A stretch of DNA of 63,902 nucleotides, the filler included, from Octopus bimaculoides (lineage: Eukaryota), in the NCBI RefSeq assembly GCF_001194135.2. It is 6 parts of 6 records of this genome, joined end to end, with 100 filler letters (N's around TTAATTAATTAA, not from the genome) between each part and the next. Parts side by side here need not be neighbours in the genome. Positions count along the whole stretch, not along the records: positions 1 to 21,442 come from NC_068981.1; 5 more parts are not named here. One strand, 5' to 3'. How positions within the stretch are numbered: position 1 is the stretch's first letter; every line of letters begins with the position of its first letter. Shown one piece after another: positions 1-11,909 of the stretch. Under the pieces are notes generated by a model. The model was not told the origin of the DNA. It did not search any database and saw only the letters and a program-made list of their open reading frames with translations. The translations under genes were made by a program, and so were the position numbers.

Positions 1-283
1 TTTGGTAGACGGAAACTGAAAGAAGCCCGTCGTATATCTATATATATATATATATGTGTATGTATGTATATGTTTGTGTGTCTGTGTTTGTCCCCCCAAC
101 ATCGCTTGACAACCGATGCTGATGTGTTTACATCCCCGTAACTTAGTGGTTCGGCAAGAGAGACCGATAGAATAAGTACTAGGCTTACAAAGAATAAGTC
201 CTGGGGTCGATTTGCTCGACTAAAGGCGGTGCTCCAGCATGGCCGCAGTCAAATGACTGAAACAAATAAAAGAATAAAAGAAA
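1..283 (+). mobile_element. tRNA-derived SINE family A (5' part cut by window edge)
   Basis: Body 'tttggtagacggaaactgaaagaagcccgtcg...gtgctccagcatggccgcagtcaaatgactgaaac' recurs at 5690, 25745, 52762, 61450 and (minus) 63240. Confidence 0.85.
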
Positions 284-413
284 ATATAACTAACTTAACA
301 TTCGGTATATACATATTTTCACCTCTGATGAAGTCGAAACGTGCTAAAAGGGTTAGCGTATGTTCTATGATTAGTATCGTGAAAAAGTGTATATACATAT
401 GTGTGTGCGTGTG

Positions 414-456
<43 letters not shown>

Positions 457-1551
457 GCGTGTGCGTGTGCGTGTGTGTGTGTNNNNNNNNNNNNNNNNNN
501 NNNNNNNNNNNNNNNNNNNNNNNNNNNNNNNNNNNNNNNNNNNNNNNNNNNNNNNNNNNNNNNNNNNNNNNNNNNNNNNNNNNNNNNNNNNNNNNNNNNN
601 NNNNNNNNNNNNNNNNNNNNNNNNNNNNNNNNNNNNNNNNNNNNNNNNNNNNNNNNNNNNNNNNNNNNNNNNNNNNNNNNNNNNNNNNNNNNNNNNNNNN
701 NNNNNNNNNNNNNNNNNNNNNNNNNNNNNNNNNNNNNNNNNNNNNNNNNNNNNNNNNNNNNNNNNNNNNNNNNNNNNNNNNNNNNNNNNNNNNNNNNNNN
801 NNNNNNNNNNNNNNNNNNNNNNNNNNNNNNNNNNNNNNNNNNNNNNNNNNNNNNNNNNNNNNNNNNNNNNNNNNNNNNNNNNNNNNNNNNNNNNNNNNNN
901 NNNNNNNNNNNNNNNNNNNNNNNNNNNNNNNNNNNNNNNNNNNNNNNNNNNNNNNNNNNNNNNNNNNNNNNNNNNNNNNNNNNNNNNNNNNNNNNNNNNN
1001 NNNNNNNNNNNNNNNNNNNNNNNNNNNNNNNNNNNNNNNNNNNNNNNNNNNNNNNNNNNNNNNNNNNNNNNNNNNNNNNNNNNNNNNNNNNNNNNNNNNN
1101 NNNNNNNNNNNNNNNNNNNNNNNNNNNNNNNNNNNNNNNNNNNNNNNNNNNNNNNNNNNNNNNNNNNNNNNNNNNNNNNNNNNNNNNNNNNNNNNNNNNN
1201 NNNNNNNNNNNNNNNNNNNNNNNNNNNNNNNNNNNNNNNNNNNNNNNNNNNNNNNNNNNNNNNNNNNNNNNNNNNNNNNNNNNNNNNNNNNNNNNNNNNN
1301 NNNNNNNNNNNNNNNNNNNNNNNNNNNNNNNNNNNNNNNNNNNNNNNNNNNNNNNNNNNNNNNNNNNNNNAAAGCAAACACATAATTTTCTTATGGTTTC
1401 TTAAACATTCACTTGAACAAAACTGTACAAATCCAAATATATGGTACCCTAGGCATAACACCTACATGAACTTCTAACTTGTTATCTCTTGATGTCTCTG
1501 GGTGAGACTTGGATCCAACTTGTACAAATGCAAAACAAAAGTCAAACATGA

Positions 1552-1752
1552 AATAATAATAATAATAATGTATCAATACCAGCAGATGACAACGTTTCTC
1601 TAAAAGAAATGGAGAAACTTTCAAAATACAAAGACCTGGAAATAGAGGTAACTCGAATGTGGAATCTAAAAACAGAAACAATTCCTATTCATAGTAGGCG
1701 CCTTAGGTATAATAAAAAAAATATTCAGACAAGTACATAACAAAAGCACCAG
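1552..1752 (+). mobile_element. 5'-truncated Dong/R4-like non-LTR retrotransposon 3' fragment (REL endonuclease region) after (TAA)n
   Basis: Plus frame reads SIPADDNVSLKEMEKLSKYKDLEIEVTRMWNLKTETIP, near-identical to the copy at 56311-56562; starts directly at a TAA tract. Confidence 0.8.
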
Positions 1753-1964
1753 TAGTCGACTTAGCCCCTCCCTCAAAATTGCTGGCCTTGTACCAACATT
1801 AGAAACGTATGCTCCTATCGTCTGTCTATCTGTCTCTTTTGTCTGTTACTGATGTATTTCTCTGCTTTTTAGCACTATACGTCTGTTTTGAGACGAATAC
1901 CGCAGGTTTTTTGGCTTTCTACAGAATATCCACGTTAAGTAGAATATACAGAATTCTACGTTAC

Positions 1965-2430
1965 AATATGATTATGATTAACATATGACAATATAATCAA
2001 AGTAATCAACGTAAGCAATATCAACTTGTAGCAGTGTAATCAAATAACAAGTTAACAATTTAATTGAAGTTTATCACAATTTGATCAACAGGTTGTAATG
2101 TAATCAATATTGAAATATCCAACTCTAATAAATATAATAAAATCAGAATGTAATCAATATCAACAGTTTACCACCTATTTATCAATCAACAGACTAACAA
2201 GTAATTGATATCAACAAAGTCACATTTAACAATTAATATTAACTAACAACCACATAATTAATATTAATGAGTCACAATACTATCAGCATTAGCCAACCAC
2301 AGTATCATACATTATTCAGTCACGATATAATCATTATCAGTCAATCACAATATAATCAGTATTCACCAGTCACATATAATCAATATTAACCAGCTAAGCT
2401 ATAATGTAATCAGTAATGGTACAGTTATTC
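1965..2430. repeat. Degenerate ~24-25 bp minisatellite (core tAATCAATATcaacca)
   Basis: Units such as aatcagtattcaccagtcacatat and aatcaatattaaccagctaagctat; the same unit reappears at ~3095-3180, ~3590-3660 and ~8690-8715. Confidence 0.6.
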
Positions 2431-2436
2431 TATATA

Positions 2437-2647
2437 TTACTGGCGGGTAGATGAATCGCTGCTATCTCTAGCGGTCGAGCGTTCATCATTGACAAAACCA
2501 AAGAAAGTCGAAGTCATGTGATCGGGTGGTCTCGGCACTGGAGAGGGCGAGTATTTATCTCTCCGCTCGCGATATAAGCAAGAGTGCATTTTGCACCAAG
2601 AGACAATATGAGTTTTTGTCATAGTAACTACCGCTGTATAGTTTGTC
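2437..2647 (-). CDS. Candidate terminal coding exon of unknown gene (TNYTAVVTMTKTHIVSWCKM...ARDSSDSSTRQ*)
   Basis: Non-repetitive CpG-rich island in AT-rich DNA; AG acceptor at 2648-2649 (ttctattag|G) followed by 70 open codons to TAA. No recognisable domain. Confidence 0.25.
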
Positions 2648-2715
2648 CTAATAGAACATTCACGTTTAAGTACGGATAAATATTAAGCTCTCAACCTTAA
2701 TACAGCCCCTGTCGC

Positions 2716-2810
<95 letters not shown>

Positions 2811-2894
2811 AATTAGCTCACTGGCTAATCGCAACACCAGCGCCTTTTCTGGCACTGCCCCTGTCGCTAATAAATAATCCGTAATTATAATAAG

Positions 2895-3085
2895 CAGTGG
2901 GTTGGCAGAATCATTAGAGCGTCTGATAAAATATCCTGCTGCTTTTGTTACGGCCCTTTATATTCTGAGTTCAAAATCGACCATAGTCAGCAATACTTTT
3001 AAGTCTTCTGGGGTCGATAGAATAAAGTGCCAGTGAAGTACTGGAGTCGATAATAATCGACTTTTCCTTTCCTCCAAATATGAGG
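2895..3085 (+). mobile_element. Old SINE family B copy
   Basis: ggcagaatcattagagcg...ttctgagttcaaa...ggggtcgata...gtactggagtcgat, a decayed match to the young copies at 8226 and 61244. Confidence 0.7.
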
Positions 3086-3189
3086 TCTTATCGCGATATA
3101 ATCGATATCAATCAACCACTATATAATCAATATCCACCAGCCACATATAATCAATATCAATCAACTACAATATAATCAGTTATAATTCT

Positions 3190-3375
3190 TTTTACTGTAG
3201 GTACAAGGCCTGGAATTTTTGTGGGAGGTGGGCTGTTCGATTACATTAATCCCAGTATTTTACTGGTATTTATTTTATCGTCCTCGAAAGGATGAAAACC
3301 GAAGTTTACCTCAATAGAATTTGAACTCAGAACGTAAAGAGACAGAAAAAACACCGTGAAGCATTTTGTCCGCTG
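3190..3375 (-). mobile_element. Old SINE family B copy
   Basis: gaaaggatgaaa...ttgaactcagaacgta...gcattttgtccg is the reverse complement of the family B body. Confidence 0.7.
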
Positions 3376-3377
3376 GA

Positions 3378-3575
3378 TTGGCAGATTCATTAGAGTGTCT
3401 GATACAATGCCTTGCCGATTACGTTCCAACTCTTTATACTGTGAGTTCAAATTCAACCCCGGTCAAATATACTTTCATCCTTCTAAGGTCGATAAAATAA
3501 AGTGCTAGTCAAGTACTAGGGTCGATATAATCGACTATTATTTTTACCCAAATTTGAGAGCTTATACCTGAATAA
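3378..3575 (+). mobile_element. Old SINE family B copy, part of a local duplication with 8475-8715
   Basis: Shares diagnostic variants and 3' flank with the 8475 copy. Confidence 0.7.
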
Positions 3576-4208
3576 GAAATCGATACAATCTGTAATAACC
3601 AGCCACTATATAATCAATATCAATAGATGATAATGTAATCAACAGATCTCAATGTAAACAATATTAAAAGTTCACATTTCCTTTCCTGTCATTAGTTATT
3701 GATGTTGCTGCATAGACCAAGGGCAGTCTGACTTAGGAGACCTGTGATCAAAGGCATCCTAGCCGTGATTATCCTATTCTATTTTATTCAGACACACTGT
3801 AATCTGGATTACACAATCTATGTGTAATACGGCCTTGTCTGATGACTGCAGTTGTTTTTGTTTTTTTAGCCCTTGGTCATACCTGTGCGCGCTAATTACA
3901 ATAGGTTAGATGGGCAATAGCAATCATTTGATTAAAGTACAACCCAGAATCGCACCAATGCAATCAATAGACCTTCTAGAAATAGCAACTAAAAATTTCA
4001 TTAAAATCATACCTTACTCTATGTAGGAAAAAGAAAATACACCATGGTCACTGCTGAAAAGAATTTGAACCTAGATCAGCCTCATACAGCTATCCAGAGA
4101 GTTAACGATAACAAAAACGCAGGATGAAGTACGGAACAGCTCCCCCCTTGTACACCCACCCTTCTCTGTTTTTTCCTCTACCTGTTTATCTATCTATCTA
4201 TCTATCTA

Positions 4209-4283
<75 letters not shown>

Positions 4284-4769
4284 GTCTGTCTGTCTATCTA
4301 TCTGTCTATCTGTTTCCATCTTTCTCTCTCAGCTCGTATAGTTGATGTTGAAAACGTGTAACCCTTGGCCGGTCCTGTAACTGAGTAACGTTATAATCAA
4401 AAGCATTTCAGCTATAACCAACACTACTTTGTTTTTCAGCTATAATGTATCCAGAACAATATTATACAATGAACGCTTCTTTTATGAAGACACTAGCATA
4501 TGAGTTGAATTAGATTTAGCTGTAATTTCTAGCACATTGAGTGTCCACATGCAGAATCTTTGCTTGGCTCCTACACAAGTAGTTGTTGCTTTTTAGCCTC
4601 AAGTCAGCTCCGACTGAACAGATCTATGATCAAATGTCATTCTAGTCGTGTCCATCCCGGTTTTTCCTCAGATACAATTTATCTAGAATCATACCTTCAA
4701 GGTTTTTTTTCATAAGACGGTAGGATGCTATTGAGGGAGACTTGACTTCGGTTTCTAGCGACCACATTG

Positions 4770-5198
4770 ACCAAGGTTCCTGACCGGCGTGCTGCGGTAC
4801 CCTGGAGTGCTTCGAGATCATCCGAGGGGTACTGCGAAATATACATACGTACATGGTATCATGATTGATCATTTAGAGCCAAGAATACATTTTGATACTA
4901 TTTTAACACTAAATATCATTGTCATCTTATATTTTGTATTGCTGCCTATTACATTTTTGTATTGTTATCTATTTTATGTTTATTATATCAACATCGGTGA
5001 AATAAAGAAAATTTTTATTATCAATTCCAGGGACATAGTTTTCTTACACAGATGTTACTATCCAGAGACAAAGTCTTGTTATTTTGATGTTGAATAAAAA
5101 ATTTAAAAAACTGTCATATTAGATTTTTTAATAGGGGTGCCGTGGATTTCTGAAAGGTTTGGCAAGGGTGCCTCGAGGCAGAAAAGGTTGGGATACTG
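4770..5198. mobile_element. Decayed hAT-like non-autonomous element
   Basis: Ends resemble CAGTGG/CAGGGG-type hAT MITE termini (left ccaaggttcctgaccggcgtgctgcggtaccctgg; right gcaagggtgcctcgaggcagaaaaggttgggatactg) around an AT-rich core. Confidence 0.45.
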
Positions 5199-5689
5199 TG
5201 ACATACAGTGTGCATCGTCAATACTGTGAATAAGTGACCGCTATTGAGTTTGGCTGCATTTGCGCTTATTAGAAAGGCCACTAGCAAAATAGAAACATCA
5301 TATCCAGGAGAGATATGTAACGATCAACCCAATGGATATTTGTTATTCAGAAAACATAAGCTTGCATTCAACATCATGATTGTCATTTTCCGATTAGATA
5401 AACTTGAGGTTTGCCTGAACCAACAAAAGAGCTTCTGTATGGTTGCTCGGTCCGGTAGGAATAGCAACCAAATCACCATCCAACGGCAAACACCCTACCT
5501 ACCTAAAAATGTAGAACGACATGTTGGACAGTGTGTAATCACTAGTTTATAAGAAGTTGGAATGGTCATGGATGGATTGCCGTTGATCGTAGGTCTGCTG
5601 AATCAAGGCTGACCGCAGATTAAACAACAATATCAAAACAACAACTCATTGAAAAAATATATTCCGTAAGTTTTTAATAAACCTTATAC

Positions 5690-6063
5690 AGGCATGCCTG
5701 CATGGTTAAGAAGTTCACTTTGCAACTACGCGGTTTTGGGTTCAATCCGAACGCACGGTACCTTGAGCAAATGTCTTCTACTACAGCTCCAGATAAACCA
5801 AAGTTTTGTGAGCGAATTTGGTAAACGGAAACTGTATGGAAAGTGTATGTTGTGTGTGTTTGTGTTTGTGCTTGTTCTTCTCACCACCTGACAACCCATG
5901 TTGGTCTGTTTACGTCCTCGGAAATTAGCGGTTCTATAATAAAATGAGTACCAGATTAAAAAAGAAAAAAAACGTAAGTACTGTGGTCGATCTGTACGAC
6001 TAAAACTAGTTAAGGTAGTGCTCCAGCATAGCCGCAGTTCAATGACTGAAACAAGTAAAAGGA
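5690..6063 (+). mobile_element. SINE family A
   Basis: tRNA-like head (tggttaagaagttcac...gggttcaatcc) plus family A body. Confidence 0.8.
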
Positions 6064-6796
6064 AAAAAAAATAATAATAAATAATAATAATAGAAAAATA
6101 TCGATATGACACAGTAAATATAGCATTTGATTTCAGACCGCAATCAGTAGGCTTGTGATCGTCTATCGAATCATGTGGTGTTTGTCGTCTGCGCATTCAT
6201 TAATCATTTATACAGTGTTCGTGAAATCGTTCGTATAGATTAAGCTGCTGTCTCTTGTTGATCGGCGCTCTTCTAAATCAATGAATAATTTGTTTTCTTT
6301 ATTTTTTGAAACGCTTATGAAAAAGAGGATTTAAAAAATTCTATTGTTTTTTTATATCACCTTTTATATTTCTATTGATCTCAAACCCTGTCAGCATATT
6401 TTAGTTATAATAACAACAAAGAGTCCCTGATGTTCGGCTGCAAATTTTGTCCTTTGTCACGGACCTTCAGCCATATTTTATTAAATTTCACTTTTATTTG
6501 TTTACACTTTCTTTAATCTAATAGATTTTATTGTAGATTTACTGGTTTTTTTTCTCTCTCTCTCAGGCGGGAAGTATGATGCTATGGTGTCTAAATATTC
6601 GACTATGTGTAATAGTATACATGCATAAAACAAAACATACAGATTTGAACGTAAACTGAATTCAAACATTGCACATATACACACAAACATGCACAAAATA
6701 CCCTGTTGATATTAAAATTCTAATGAAAGACCTTGGATCTATGAAACCGACACTTTCTCCACTGGCAAGAAATCTAGAAACGAAACTAAACAATAA

Positions 6797-6982
6797 TATA
6801 CATACATACATACATACATACATACATACATACATACATACATGCATGCATACACACACACATACATACATGCATGCATACACACATACATACATACATA
6901 CATACATACATAATACATACATACATACATACATACATACATACATACATACATACATACATACATACATACATACATACAT
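6797..6982. repeat. (TACA)n microsatellite
   Basis: Directly visible; explains the YVCM/HTYI ORFs. Confidence 0.95.
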
Positions 6983-7071
6983 AGTAATGTAAGATTGGAT
7001 TTGGTAAAATCTCGAAATATTCCTTTTGCAGCATTTGATATGAATTCATGACTATCTACACGTTGTGACTG

Positions 7072-7410
7072 TGAAGGGGCGTGCCTTACTTGTTAGAGCG
7101 TCGGGTTCACAATCATGAAGTCGTGTGTTCGATTCTCGGACTGGTTGTGCGTTGTGTTCTTGAACAAGTCACTTTATTTCACGTTGCTCCAGTTCACTCA
7201 TTTGCAGAATTAAGTTGCGACGTCACTGGTGCCAAGCTGTATCGACCTTTGCCTTTCCTTTGGATAGCATAGGTAGCGTAGGGAGGGGAGGCTGGTATGC
7301 ATGGGCAACTGCATGTCTTCCATAAGCAATTTTTCCCGGACCTGTGCCTTGGAAGGCAACTCTCTAGGTGCAATCCCATGGTCACTCATAACCGAAGGGG
7401 GTCTTTACCC
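7072..7410 (+). mobile_element. Long tRNA-derived SINE family C
   Basis: A-box/B-box-like head (gttagagcgtcgg...gttcgattc) and body cgtcactggtgccaagctgtatcg...ctaggtgcaatcccatggtca; second copy at 30962-31297. Confidence 0.85.
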
Positions 7411-7696
7411 TTTTTACACGTTGTGACTGGTATATAAGGTAATCTACTGGTGCAGGTATCTGTCACTGAAAGAATTACTCTGTAAGTATATTTGTTGAAT
7501 AACGTATAAGCCAGAGATGAAGATATCAGTACGTATATTATAAGTTTAATATTGGTTACAATTGTTTGAGAGTCATAAATTGGCTTGAAACGGAATGGTA
7601 CCGAAGCAATTTTAATCGCTATTAAGCTTATATTATGCTGATATCTTCATCTTCATCTTTGTCATATATACGCATAAATGTGTATTTACAAAGAGT

Positions 7697-7754
<58 letters not shown>

Positions 7755-8225
7755 AATATTTGTTAAAACTTACCGCCCTGCTTTTTATTTTCCACAAAAA
7801 GATAAAAGATGATATCAGAACAGAGCTGTTGAACTAATTTTCTTGTGAGGTGATAACAGTTAAGATGATAGTTAAGTGTACAGTTCATGGCTTGCAGGCA
7901 GGTAGGCACGTTTCAGTTGACATTACGTTACTTCAAGTTTTTCGTAAATATCTAATTATGAGATTAGAGCCCTTGTGTCTGAAACCCAGCTTAGATGAAA
8001 TTCTACTTTTTAGTCGTAGATGATAAATGATCCTAGAGAAAGATATCCTAATATAAAGCCACATCAGTTTAAATAACACCGGGTGTTATCGGATTCTTGA
8101 TTTATAAGACAACGGCAGAGAGAAACGTCCTTATTTGTAGGAAACTGCGATGGCAAAAGAATATAAGAGTCTACTAACTTTCCACAGAGTTTAGAAAATA
8201 GATAATCTCCAAACATTCTTAATAT

Positions 8226-8460
8226 TTATTTCTTTATTACCCACAGGGGGCTAAACATAGAGGGGACAAACAAGGACAGATAAAAGGATTAAGTCGATTA
8301 CATCGACTCCAGTGCGTAACTGGTACTTATTTAATCGACCCTGAAAGGATGAAAGGCAAAGTCGACCTCGGTGGAATTTGAACTCAGAACGTAACGGCAG
8401 ACGAAATACCGCTAAGCATTTCGCCCGGCGTGCTACCGATTCTGCCAGCTGGCTGCCTTA
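8226..8460 (-). mobile_element. Young SINE family B copy
   Basis: Reverse complement closely matches the plus copies at 61244 and 63645. Confidence 0.9.
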
Positions 8461-8474
8461 ATCTTAATATGATA

Positions 8475-8672
8475 TTGGCAGATTCATTAGAGCGTCTGAT
8501 ACAATACCTTGCTGATTTCATTCCAACTCTTTTATACTGTGAGTTCAAATTCCACCCAGGTGAAATATGCTTTCATCCTTCTAAGATCGATAAAATGAAG
8601 TGCTAGTCATGTACTAGGGTCGATATTATCGACTATTATTTTTACCCAAATTTAAGGACTTGTACCTGAATA
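8475..8672 (+). mobile_element. Old SINE family B copy (paralog of 3378-3575)
   Basis: Direct alignment by eye including flank. Confidence 0.7.
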
Positions 8673-8889
8673 AGAAGTTAATACAATCTGTAATAACCAG
8701 CCACTATATAATCAGTGTGAGCTCAGTTACTTATTTAACTACTGAAGATTGGGTTGTCACGAGAAATCGAGAAAGACCGAGGTTGAATTTGTTGACGACA
8801 GTGGCGCAGCAAAGGAAAAATAGGGAATCAGAATGGCGATGTGCATCATGTTATTGATGTCGTCAAGCAAATTTTCAGCATTTCAGCGT

Positions 8890-11045
8890 CGGCTTTAGAT
8901 ATAAGACGAAAACTGGCACATAAAATGTGAGGTTTGTTAAGTTGGTAAACTGCAACTAGTATACAATAGAATGGACAGATATGGGACATCAGTATCTGGA
9001 TTTTCAGAATGAAGATGAACAGGAAATAGTTATTTTACAACAGACAATTTGTACTAGTAGTTAAATCCAAAGGGTTTACATTATCTTGAATAGAACTGTC
9101 AGTAAATTCTTGCCTTGGATATGAGCCAGTTAATGATCGAATTCTAATCATTATTAGACTTCGAGGAAAGGTATTTAACGTCACTGGTATACAGTTTTGT
9201 GTTTTAACTGCAGCCACAAATAAAAGTAAGATAGATCAATTCTATGATACACTTCAAAGCGAAATCTATTAATCATTCCCAAAGATGTCGTTACTCTGAT
9301 TTGAAATGTAAATCCTAAGTTAAGGAAAACTATCAACAAAATCAATAGTTATGAGAAATTTTAGTTTAGATCGTAGAAATGAGCAAGGAGTAAAACTGTT
9401 CACTTGATTTCAGTGAATTAAACTAGCATTTTCATGTAAATGCTTTTCCAGCATCATAGACAACTTTACACTTGGTCGCATCCTGATCACAAAATTCATA
9501 ATTAAATAGATTATAGTCCATTAGTGATGGAATAGTAGTTTTCAAAACAAAGTTTAGAATATATCCAGGTGCTAACAGCAACAGTGACCATTAATTTATT
9601 TTTGCAAAAGTTAAATTGCCTCTTAATAGCAATAAAAAGATTAAAACACCGTGAAGATACAATCTTGGAAACATTCCAAATGAATATAATGTTGAAATAT
9701 AAAACGGACGATTTGAAAAACTTCGGTAATGTGATGAAGAAAGCCATCACAGAAGAACACTGAAGTAACGCTAAAAATGCAGTTTTGAAGAAGCGTAGAA
9801 ATATTAACAAATAAAAAAGAAAAAAAAAGGAAGACGAACGAAACGGTTGAAAGTCGTGAAATTCGATAAAAATAAAACTGAAGAAAGATCTGTGAAAACT
9901 GTGGTATGACTTCATGTTTATCTAAAGAATGATAACAACAACTGAGCCATGAAATTCAAATATGAAAAAAGAAAAAAGGCAAATAGAATACCATTAATAA
10001 AATTGATGATGAGATTGAAAAATATTCAATTTCAATACAAACATTACTAAAGATCTTAACAAAGCAGTGAAGCTAATAACAAGAAAATTTGCACCAAGAA
10101 ATGGTTTTATCAACGACGACGATGATAATGTGATTTATGAAGAGAAATATATAAAGGAAAGACAGAAGTAATATGACTGCAGCTTATACAATAAGACAGC
10201 ATATGTTAATCAAACAGAACTCAAACAAAGTAATGAAAATGATCAAAGTGAAACCGCTTTTACAGAAATGAAAACCTGCGGAATTAATGTTTGAAGTGAA
10301 AAAAAAAAAAAGGAAAAAAGGAAAGAAAACATTGGCACAGATGACAAAACACAGAACTTGAGAAAAATGATCCCTGTGAAATTATTACATTGTGCAAAAA
10401 TGTACAACTAAAATTTTTGATGAAATGATTGCACTAAATCAGTTTTCAAGCCATTGCCAAAAATGAAGATATAGTGCGATGTAAAAACTAATGAATGATT
10501 GTACAAATAGCGCTATAGATATCATTTCTGTCAAATAAAACAGATGGAAATAACAGAGGAACAAATTTGGTTTAAACCGGGAAATGAAACGAAGGTTGCT
10601 ATTCTTCACCTAAAGATGGCGATTCAGAAAACTAGCGACCATAATGAAAAATTATTGCTTTCATTGATTATCAGAAAAGCTTTTGATACAGATATTAATG
10701 ACAAAACAAGCTCAGTGATGACAGAAATGAGATTTCTTCTACATTTTATAGAGTTATTAAAATCACATTATTCTCAGCAAATAGCAACTGTCAAAACTAA
10801 TGTGAAATTCACGCAGTGGTTTGAAACTGACCGAGGTTACAAGCATGAACGTATTATTTCTCTTTCTCCACTTAACATCAGAACAGAAATTGTAATGAGA
10901 AAAAAAAATCTAAGATCTTTGAAGGTAGAGTTAAAATCAGTGGGAGAATGGTCACCTGTCTCAGATATGCCTATGATAATGTCCTTATTACTGACAGCTT
11001 ACAAGAATTTTGATATAGGATGCGAAAGAAAAAAAAAGTAACAAA
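8890..11045 (+). mobile_element. Decayed RTE-clade LINE (AP endonuclease + reverse transcriptase fragments)
   Basis: Frame fragments GKLQLVYNRMDRYGTSVSGFSE and GYEPVNDRILIIRLRGK (RTE-type APE) and EEQIWFKPGNETKVAILHLKMAI...RKAFD (RT domains 1-3); many stops and frameshifts. Confidence 0.85.
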
Positions 11046-11271
11046 TATAGTTGGTTGTTAAATTTGCAATTCTGCCAGCTCGCCTATAATGATTGGAAGC
11101 ATTAATGAATGCGATTTCATCCGAAAATAAGGAGCATATTCATTTACTAATATTGCGGGTTAAATTTCTTAGTATAGCGTGGAGCTGAGTCAAACTGTTA
11201 TTCAACAATATATGTAAATCCCACCAACTGAGTTGAGTGCCACTTTCTTTCGTTTGTCCACTCCCTCTTGT

Positions 11272-11640
11272 GTGCACACTAGGGGAGATCTGTATGTTTA
11301 CATTGGACAAACGGCTGATTCATTTAAGAATCGTTATTGCAACCATGTCGTCAGCTTTAAGAGAATCAATAAGAAACATTCAACATCTTTGGCCGATTTT
11401 GTGTGGCGATTGAAAGAAGTTAAATTAAGTATAACATAATTTGATTCATGGTAAGGCATGCAAAACCATATAATATCATTTCCAGGAGATATCAAGTTTG
11501 TTCTGAGGAATCCCTGTCTATTCTGTGGACCAATGAGATCATTAACAGAAAGCCTCTGAAAGCCTCTCAGGACGCCTACATGCATATAAATGTACTTTCA
11601 CACAATGCAGCGGGAATGAATTTGAGTAACAGCTAACATA
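11272..11640 (+). mobile_element. Inverted copy of the 3' end of the Penelope-like element at 12524-13567
   Basis: Encodes YVYIGQTADSFKNRYCNH (GIY-YIG second motif); reverse complement of 12524-12893 with about five differences. Confidence 0.9.
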
Positions 11641-11909
11641 CATACATGCATGCATGCAAATATATATATGCATGCATGCATGTATGTATGTATGTATATA
11701 ACATGGGTGGCTAAATCGCAATTCCCTTCTCAGCTCATTAAGATAGTGCTTTTGTTGGCTATCGAGTTGTTTTTACTCTTATTTCTAGCAATACTGGTGC
11801 TGATTAGTGCTCTGGGTCAGTTCAGTAAAATATAAATAATATCGAAAGATATAAATAATATCGAACGCACATACATAAGTTATGTGTTTTACTATACATA
11901 TATATATAT

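Noticed and set aside
229-1477. Long ORFs of 300-490 aa here and at 26-27, 32.5-33.5, 35-36, 44.7-46.1 and 49-50 kb
   Set aside because: They run through N-gaps and dinucleotide repeats; not genes.
4795-4830. Apparent minus exon YPSDDLEALQ
   Set aside because: Lies in the left end of a hAT-like MITE; donor is poor.
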